A stretch of 59,826 nucleotides of DNA, the filler included, from Bipalium vagum (taxonomy: Eukaryota): NCBI GenBank assembly GCA_037834085.1. It is 3 parts of 3 records of this genome, joined end to end, with 100 filler letters (N's around TTAATTAATTAA, not from the genome) between each part and the next. Parts side by side here need not be neighbours in the genome. Positions count along the whole stretch, not along the records: positions 41,171 to 59,826 come from JBBMKC010023346.1; 2 more parts are not named here. One strand, given 5' to 3'. Below, one piece after another: positions 51,101 through 59,826 of the stretch (the stretch's first letter is position 1; every line of letters starts with the position of its first letter). The notes beneath the pieces are model-generated. The model was not told where the DNA came from. It worked only from the letters and a program-made list of their open reading frames with translations, and did not search any database. The position numbers and the translations under genes were made by a program.

Positions 51101-54100
51101 TTATTGATTATTGACATTATTTTAATATAATTTTAATAATAATTAATATTATAATTAAAAATATTAATTTTTTTATTTATAATTAAGTATCACTTTTCCA
51201 GAACTTGTCTTGACAATCCCTCTCACAAATAAGACTAATCCTCATTATTTGTCATTAACAATTTTGAATAAATGAAATAAGATATAATAAAATAAAAGTG
51301 GCGCCAAATAATAATAAATTTTAATCGGTTTGTAGCTTCAAAGATTCTGTTTAACTTGATTATTTTGCTGTAAACACTTTTCTATGTGGTTTTCAGATTA
51401 AATTCTTGAAAAAGATTTTAATTACGTAAATCAAATGAAAAACCACATTCCCTTAGATCAATTACAATACAGGGAGCCGATTTTATAAATCAGAATGATT
51501 GCTATGGGTTCTTTTCGAAAGTATGATCATTTGCCGTAAAGGGAATATGGCAAGAACCAGTTTAATACGTAATACAGTTCTTTTTTGGATTTTATTTTAT
51601 TGGTGTTACATTCAATTAAGGTGTAAACCCTTCAATAATTAAATATATATTTCAATTCTTATTTCAAATATTATAATATATACAATATTATTATTATATT
51701 ATCATTATATGTTTATATAATATAATATATTATTTATATTTTTCTTGTTATATATTTTTCTTCATACGTTATCATCATATTATCTCTGCTATGCAGAACA
51801 CAGTGCCATTTCTATACCTGTTATAACTGATGCCCTAGTGACAGAAGACAAGTTCGTGTTCCTCTAATAAGGATATTAAAAATTAACGAATTAAGTTCAT
51901 CCAATATTTGTTTAAATAAATTTATTTGCCTCTAATTTAACAAAGTCTTATTTTATCCGTTTTACCTTTAAACCTTTTTATGCTTCCAGAATCCAGAGGT
52001 CGGAATCTTGTTGAATTTTGTAGTAGGAAAAAGATTTCAATGAATTTATCGAATAAGTAATTTTATGATGTGGACAGGTGTCGGAAAAGGTCAATTTTTT
52101 CCAAAGAAATTTTTTTCTGCATCTCCATTAATAATAAGTGAAATTGTCCCCATTCATCCGTGAATTGTCTTTGGAAGAATAAAATGAATACTCAAAATTC
52201 TGTATAAAATAAAATTTTAATTTAAATATTATTAAAATAGAAAAATTCGAAATGTTAAAAAGAGATTTAAGGCTTAAATATTGCTATGATTTTTCGAATA
52301 TTGGCAAAAACTAGAGGTGGTATAGGTCATAGAGGGTATTACTATTTTGGATTTTTTATTAGAAAGTAAAACAACTTGATATATTAAAATGGAATTATTT
52401 TAGATTAAAAATGAATTAAAATATTTATTTATGACAAAGCTCGACATTTTCTCAAAACTTCATGAATAAAAAATTAATAAAACGAAAGTATTAAAAAATT
52501 AAATTGAAAATCCTTTTGTAATCGAAGAGGGAAGATAAAATGTGAAGATGTTTCCAATTCGATATTAATCTGTAATGAACTGTTTTTGCTTAGATTAGGT
52601 ACGGGGTGGAGTGTTTTCACAAACCGATCCTACAATGAGCAGGACGCCAGCATTTCACCAGAGGATATCCAGCACATAGTGTCGGTGTTGAGGAGGAAAG
52701 AAATGTGTGACAAAATCGAAAAGGACAGAATTGGGTATAGCTTTATGTTTGTTGGTTAAACCTTTTATAAATTACTTAGTAAAGGGTACGAAAAACCAAA
52801 TCCTGAAAAGTTACAAAAAAATAATATTCTTTTGTTAAATTGAAAACTTTTAATGCAACACGAGCACCGAATTGTTTTACTAATATGGTGGTGTTAAATT
52901 CAAGAGGTTTAGTCAAAATAATTATTTCTCATATTCATTAAAATTATAATATAATAATAATTAAATAAAAAATGGTAATCTATCGACTAATGAGTTATGT
53001 AATGTTACCTTTTTAAAATTAATATTTTAAATTATCTTTTAGGAAAATATTCATGAAAATTCTTTGATTAAATTTTCACATATTTTTACCAATTAAGTAT
53101 TTCTTGTTTAAATATTCGCTGATATCGAAATAAATAAGCTGAATATTTGCAAAATAACTTTTTCAATTTTAAATCAGGAAAACGTCAAAATCGTCTCTAA
53201 GACAAGTCTTAAAAGGAATTTGGTAAATAATGATTGAATATTTAATATGCAGAAATGGTTTTTAATATTTTGAAAAAAAATATTTTTACGAATTTTGTCA
53301 ACAGAAAAACTTTACTTATTCTTGATAAGTGAAGTTCAAAAACAATTAATTAATTAAATACTATTATTAGGGGAATATTAATAAATGATTGTTATTAATT
53401 AAATTTTATTTATTTATGTTTTTAATTTTAAACTTTTAATTNNNNNNNNNNNNNNNNNNNNNNNNNNNNNNNNNNNNNNNNNNNNNNNNNNNNNNNNNNN
53501 NNNNNNNNNNNNNNNNNNNNNNNNNNNNNNNNNNNNNNNNNNNNNNNNNNNNNNNNNNNNNNNNNNNNNNNNNNNNNNNNATTACGCTTTACAACATTTC
53601 TTTTGTCAATGACTATTTATAAATTATAAAAAATTGTCTCTGATTAAATAAAGATATAAATAAATAAATAATTTTTATTTATATGTATATTTTTATTATA
53701 ATGGTTATTATTTGAGAATCTATAAAAACATAAATGAATTAAAAATCTAGACATTTAATCTTATTTGTAAAGAAATATCTTTTTATTTGAATTAAGCCAA
53801 AGTCGTAATAAATTATAAATTAAAAAAACTATTTTATTAATATTCATCAGCCTGCACAAGTGCCAGTAATCGATTTTTTTACTATAAAATTTAAATATAA
53901 TAAGCAGTAATAATATTAGTTCGTAACGTATGAAATGCATTGTTTTATCAATCATTTTTTAATTTTATTATGTCTTCGAATTTCTATTGGACATTAATAA
54001 TTCTTTATTGAATATTTTGTTATAAAATCACGGGTTAAAAAATAAAGTAAGAAATTATTTAAAATTTTTTAAAGTAATGGTTTACACAATGGAAAAATCG

Positions 54101-57100
54101 AAAATTTGCAATATCACAGAATGAGTTTCGTAGAGGATTAAATAAATCCCAGACCGCCAGGAACATGAAAGATATTTTTGGCGATAGCGTGCCTAATTAG
54201 CTTTTGGTTTGCAAAATTCAAATTTGGTTAATTTACCTTGAAAAAACAACTCCAAAAAATACCTGAAGCCAAAGCCAACAAGGATGAATTAAAAGCCATA
54301 GTGGAAAATAAATATCCCAATCTACCACAGAATTAGCTACAATATTCAATGTTTCTATATCAACCATTTTATAATACTTTCAGCAAAATTATCTAAACCT
54401 CAATCATTTTCATACTTTAACATTGGTTTTCAGTTCATAAATATATCTCCGGTTTAAAATCATTTTAGGTGTTTTATTTAGAGAATTTTTGGCACCATAT
54501 TTTATCTTTTTCTGATAATTAAAACTTCTCTCTGTTGACAATACAGTTTAACAGGATGTTCTTCTAATCTTTGTTCAGGATCTGTTTAGACGATAGACTG
54601 TATCATGTCATTATCTACCACAGATTGTCGATTGTTTTAAATGAAAATTTGTAGTTTCAGAAACCAAAGATAAGCTTTTAGTGTCAACAGGGTTTCATGG
54701 CAAAGTTTGTAAAACTTGCTGAATAAACAATAAAGGGAGTCAGAAAATGGACGGTTTCAGATTATAATTATAACGGTTTCAGATTTTATTCTTCATAAAA
54801 GTTATAACATAAAGTTATTTTATAATTATTTAAGAAAATGTCAGAAATAGGAAATAAGAAACGAGATGGAAATAGCGATAAAAAATCCGTTAATGTAATC
54901 TTTACATTGCGTGACCTAATTCAGACAAAATGGGTTAGCATGGATAAGAGGAAAGTCAGTTGAAATAATACGACTAATCTGAATAATGAAAATCATACAA
55001 TTAAATATTTCATAGAAATAATGAATAACAAATTATTTTAGGAAATTTGTCATTAGGCAATTATCAAACTTTAATTGTTTTTACATCCCTTTAAAAGTTC
55101 CCTTATAAATTGCTCTGAATAATACATATTTTTTAATTCATTATGAACAGCGTTAATTATATTCCTTTTGTGTTGAGAGATTAATAATCCCTATGTTTAT
55201 ATTTTATATTATTATTTATTTGACAGTGGACTTGTCGGGATTAACATAAGATTAACAAACATTTACGTGACATGTATTGTGCAATAGGAAGAATAAGAAT
55301 AAATGAAACAATCGATTTTCAAACATTTATTAATTAAAAATCCTCAATATCTAGTTCGACTTGAAAGAGTCTGTTATTGACATTTAATATTCCATCTTCA
55401 ATAATATCAGTTGAGTACTATACTAATACTGTACTAAAGTTGTTTAGTTGAAGGTATTGACTAACACACTTAACAGAGGCTAACGCGTCTTTGATATATA
55501 TATATGTTCTTCCACATTTATTTATTTTATTATTGTCAATATTTTCCAAATCATACAAAGAACGAATAGTTCTTAAACTGCAGAGGTTTTCATAAAATTT
55601 TTCATTGAAATAAAAATATTATTTATTTAGATGCCATTATTTTTTTCAGTAATTTTTATAAAATTAATTGATTAAAATAATTAATATTTTCACAATTTTT
55701 TAATTTTATTCTCAAATTACTGAGAAAGATTGGGAAATTCTTATTACTATTTATCAATAATATTGAATTTGGAACATTTTTACAATCAATTATAATGGGA
55801 AATTATTTTATTCCCAATCTAATACTTTAGTTTACAAAATAAATTTAATTAAGAATATTTTTATTTAATGCATGATAATGAATATCAACGCCTATTTGAA
55901 ATCCCCTGTAATTGATTTGTTAATGGATTTTCCTAAAAGAAATTTTATTTTTGTTGCATTTTGTTAATTTTAAAATAATTTATCATCATTTCCATTAATT
56001 ATTTCATTATTTAATAGAAATATTTTAAAAATCCAACATTTTAATTTTATTTTATGATTTACTTCACTGCTTAATTTATGACCGATTTTGTCATCAGACC
56101 CGCTAAATCTTGAATTTAAAGTCTTTACCCTTAGGGGTCGCTCGTCTAACCAACTCTTCGAAAACCAAACAAAAATTAACTCTAAAACATTTATACATAA
56201 AAACATAGAAATATAACAATATTCATGAACCCAGTAGTCACTCTGAAAATAGTCTGATACTGCCAGCAATGAATACACAACAGGTTAAGGCAATGCCGAT
56301 AAATAAATAATGTTCAAATACATAAAATTATTTTACTAAGAACCAAGCGATATAAAAATAATAAAAAAACATGTTCCGTGAATAAATTATAATAATAAAA
56401 ATTTGAAAAAATCTAATATTACTTAATTTCGACTTGAACTTTGAGTAGTGTCCCTCAGGGCTCAAGCCCAAAATATGAATGACAATCCTACATATACAAT
56501 AATGGTACTCACTTTGTATAATAAATGCTACTTATTTTTTTTTATAATGAACAATTACAAAACATGAGTCAAAATTATTGTAACTATTTTTTGAAAATAA
56601 AATAAATAAATCTCCTAATGTATGGGTTGCCTGAAACGTTATGGAATCATTACATAAAAATTTTGAAAATGCTTAGTTCAATGCTATTTTAATATATCAT
56701 ATTTTAAAATCACATTTAAAATTTTGTTTGAATCAATCAATTCATTATTGTTTAGCACATATTTGCATTTGATTTGTGCTTCATTATGTTAAGTTTGGAA
56801 AAATTGAATATCGTAGTTATCAAATTTTTGTACTGGAAGGATTAATTGCATCTGATATTCACAGTATAATAGTTAAAGTTTTCAGAGGAATTTTCAATTT
56901 CATGTCAACTGTACATCGATGGGCCTTGGTGAACAAACGTGGTCATATCAGTATCGAAGATGATGCACGCAGTTGACGTCTTAAAGGTTCCTCAACCCAA
57001 GAAAAGCTCTTCAGCAAGCAAAGTTGCGAAGACTATTTGGATTTATGATAAAAAATAAAGTTGATTTTATAAATCTCTTCAAAACTATGCAAAATTATAT

Positions 57101-58621
57101 ATGCATATATACAGTCCTCGTTCACTATGGTCTGAAAAATGATGTCTGAAAAAGCAACTAAAGAGAAAACAATATATTAAATGTGATGACAACAGTTTTT
57201 TGGTTACCATAGGTATTCTGCAAATAGATTACTTTGTAAAAGGCTAATTTCGTAATTTTGAATGCTATGCAAAGCCATAATACCCGCTGAATAGAATGCT
57301 TTTTTAAAATAGGCCTGATTTAAAGAAAAAAACCATTTTAATCAGAGCATACTCGTTTATTTACACAAGTTTATTTTCAGTGGCAAAAATCAAGGAGTTG
57401 AAATATTATTTGTCACTTTATTCACCAAATTTGACTCCAAGTGATTTCCACCTTCTCAGAACCTAAAGTAATTCTGTGAATTCAAATAAAGACGCTTTCA
57501 CACCCGGTGATCCGTATTTTGCAGACTGTTCGGGATAGGACTTTAAACAAGAATTATTGGAGAAGAAATAGGCGAAGTGTGTTAATTTGTTAAGAAACTA
57601 CGTGCAATAATAAAAGCAATTTCAATAAAAAATTATGTTGTTTCGTTTTCGCTTTCATACCTTTTCACCCAATCTATATAAGGTAGTATAACGTTTTATG
57701 AAATTTTTGTCCATGCGAATTGATAGACGCGGTACAAAGGATGTGTGAAGACCTGATGCTTAGGCAAATATTAACTAATTAAAGCTCAGTACGAAGTTTC
57801 CTTTAAAAACTTAAATTATTAATATTTTCCACTTGATTAAAGTTTTTAACGCAAAAATCAAAGGTTCCTACGTTATATCGAAAAAAAATATCAGGAGTGT
57901 AAGCAAGCCGATAAATTCCGTGGTACAAGTGGTTCTTGTGCGAAGAGATGATAATTTCAAAGGAAACTGTACAATTTAATAATTTTACTGATTTCTCTCA
58001 ATTCCCGGGACGTCCTGATCCCGATGTAAATCGAAGCCAATCAATTCTTCTATGCTATATTATTACTTTAATTGCCAGAGACCGAATTATCATTTCACGA
58101 AATTTAGATAGTTGCTATTTTTTTGTAAAAATAATATAAAATTATTAGAAATAAATAAAATTAAATTGAACAACTAAAAGTGATAGAATCTGAACTAAAA
58201 TAATTGTATAATTCTCAAAATAACATTTTTGTTTAAATATTGTTTAAAATTAATTTAATTTTTTTATATATCATTTTATTAAAACCTTCATTGACCTTTT
58301 ATCAGCCATATGGTCTTACATCTGCAAAATATCAAGCGCAACAAGTCTCAACGTCATAAAAGAGAATGTCACATTTGTGGTCATACCTTCATTATTCTCT
58401 ATTCGCCGTTTTCCAACAAATTTTGCGAATTTTGCGGCAAGACAACGTGTGAAAATTGCATTTCCCAACTTTCAGCGAATTCCGACTCCTCATCATATGC
58501 TTCTGAACCAGACTGTAAAAAGGCAACCCTCATCGATAAACTTTCCACATTGTTTGTAGTTGGTAATAATGGTCTGAAAGCCAAGATAACTATTTGCAAA
58601 TACTGCTTCGAAACCAGAGAG
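44567..58621 (+). CDS. RPH3A: Rabphilin-3A/Noc2-family Rab3/Rab27 effector, 5' part (Rab-binding domain with FYVE-type Zn finger); continues beyond the window
   Basis: Exon 44567-44616 MDRWICPNDRQLALRAK; exon 52594-52734 LGTGWSVF...ISPEDIQHIVSVLRRKEMCDKIEKDRIG; exon 58306-58621 HMVLHLQNIKRN..CHIC..CEFC.KTTCENC..CKYCFETRE. Both phase-2 GT-AG joins are in frame. C2 domains are not in the window, so rabphilin versus Noc2 is unresolved. Confidence 0.9.
45045..45099. repeat. (AAT)n microsatellite
   Basis: About 18 units. Confidence 0.95.
46642..48300 (+). mobile_element. mariner 5' relic split by nested insertions
   Basis: IKFSFKIGKTFTETYELLQKIY..MSCTQVY..RFK (46860-46985) resumes as LTKDLRKRKVCAK..RVECC (~48195-48290). 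Confidence 0.75.
47523..48051. mobile_element. pogo-type MITE with a duplicated right end
   Basis: Left end ta|acgtagatactcgaatataagtcg; right end cgacttatattcgagtatctacgg|ta ending 47914; a second right end finishes at 48051. Confidence 0.8.
49225..49320 (+). mobile_element. Short mariner catalytic-domain fragment
   Basis: DPFLHPTVTWDKKRILYENSKRSA resembles DPFLxRIVTxDEKWILYDN. Confidence 0.6.
49809..51056 (-). mobile_element. Near full-length decayed mariner with both TIRs
   Basis: Left end tacagtaggtccaaaaagttccggaac; reverse complement of right end cacagtaggttcaaaacgttccgggac. Transposase motifs MEQRAAIKF (ATG ~50840), IVTGDVTWCF*YDP, SDLTPADYFLFPKM. Confidence 0.9.
53442..53580. other. 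Scaffold gap (N run)
   Basis: Continuous Ns. Confidence 0.99.
54089..54390 (+). mobile_element. mariner 5' fragment
   Basis: MEKSKI..EFRRG..TARNMKDIFGD..WFAKFK, the N-terminal HTH region; frameshifted. Confidence 0.65.
56620..57680 (+). mobile_element. Decayed mariner
   Basis: KIEYR..STVHRWA..KRGHISIEDDARS and YSPNLTPSDFHL; degenerate inverted ends at ~56620 and ~57680. Confidence 0.75.
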
Positions 58622-59826
58622 GTGAACAGTTGTTTTCATTTTTCTATTATTAAATATTATTTATTTAGTATAAATATATTATAAATACATTTGGAATTGT
58701 TATTACCATTACATTTTATTGAATTCCTATCAAAAATGAGGCTTTTATTTTTATAAAAATAGTATTTTTAACAAGTCATCCAGATTTCTTTCGCTTTAAT
58801 TTATAATTAAAAATTATATAGTAATAATAATAGGATTACTAATACAACAATAATAATAATAAAATAAAATTTAAAAAAAAAATAATAATAATAAAATATT
58901 AGTTATTTTTTAAAATAAAACATTTCATGAAGTGAAAATAGACAAATTATCCGAGATTATTATAATTGTGATTTCCCAATTGATTATATGATATAAATCT
59001 TGATAATTTTTTTATGTCTTCTTAAGCCTCAGTCAAATAAATTGAATTATAATTTTTTAACAATATCATGTATATTTATTATTGCTGTATTAAAGAAGGA
59101 AATGTTGCAGTCTTCTTCCCTTTAACCTGATAATTACGATGGGAAAACAAATAAAATCCCATTGGTTTTATTACCTTCTTTGATTTATTTTCTGCTTATA
59201 AATAGAAAAAATTGATTACATTAAATAAATAATAAATATGATTTAATAAAACAAAATATTTTATTTATAAAACTCATACATGTTTGATTTTACTTAGTTA
59301 TATTTATTACAGGTAACAATTTTAGCCTGTACCAATTAATAAATATAATCAATATTTTTAGTTATAGTCATAACGTCTGTCTAAAATTTAATCAATATCA
59401 TTTCATAATTCAAGAGGGCAGAGAAATTTGATTTACCCAGTGTTTAATAGTTTATATAGGACCTATTAAGACTATGTATAAGTTTCATAATTTTTTTAAA
59501 AAATTGAGATGAAATTTAGACCAAAGAAAATATGCAAAGTAAAAGTCTACCAATGCACAATTAAAATGTGATGTCTCCGCAGTGATTTAAATTAATTATT
59601 ATTTCGTAAAATCTTCAAATAAGGTGTAAATTTCACTTTAACGGGACATCCCCAAATGGGGCTTATGGAATGAAATGGGTTAATTTTTTATTTTATTGTT
59701 ACGTTTGCGGTAATTAATTTAAAACTATATTAAAAATTATTGCATGTTGATAAAAATAAATTTATTATTTTTCTTGAAATTATTATTTTATTTTTATATA
59801 CAGAATGGTCTGAATAAAATAAACAT

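Noticed and set aside
57690-58060. Possible Tc1 fragment (FPGRPDPDVN)
   Set aside because: A single weak motif is insufficient support.

Overview
Very AT-rich eukaryotic DNA, most likely from an invertebrate animal. It has spliceosomal GT-AG introns, many only about 44-60 nt, and three assembly gaps. Four host genes can be built from the sequence. (1) An unrecognised + strand gene at 8079-~18727 encodes a signal peptide, a VWC-like Cys module and six Cys-rich, possibly Ig-like domains alternating A-B-A-B-A-B, each on its own symmetric phase-1 exon; this is the most novel feature. (2) An intronless 645-aa ORF with divergent ankyrin-like repeats (19637-21574). (3) A complete polybromo-1/PBRM1 gene on the - strand (35970-24969; 6 bromodomains, 2 BAH, HMG box). 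(4) The 5' part of a rabphilin/Noc2-family Rab effector (44567-58621, running off the window). Introns and intergenic DNA hold decayed DNA transposons: several mariners, Tc1/Tc3, pogo/Tigger and MITEs, Merlin, a CGGBP1-type hAT and two different Polinton/Maverick-type pPolB relics. There are also two UBE2K pseudogene fragments and a tRNA-Ala-like relic. All calls come from manual translation and motif recognition; no database searches were run.
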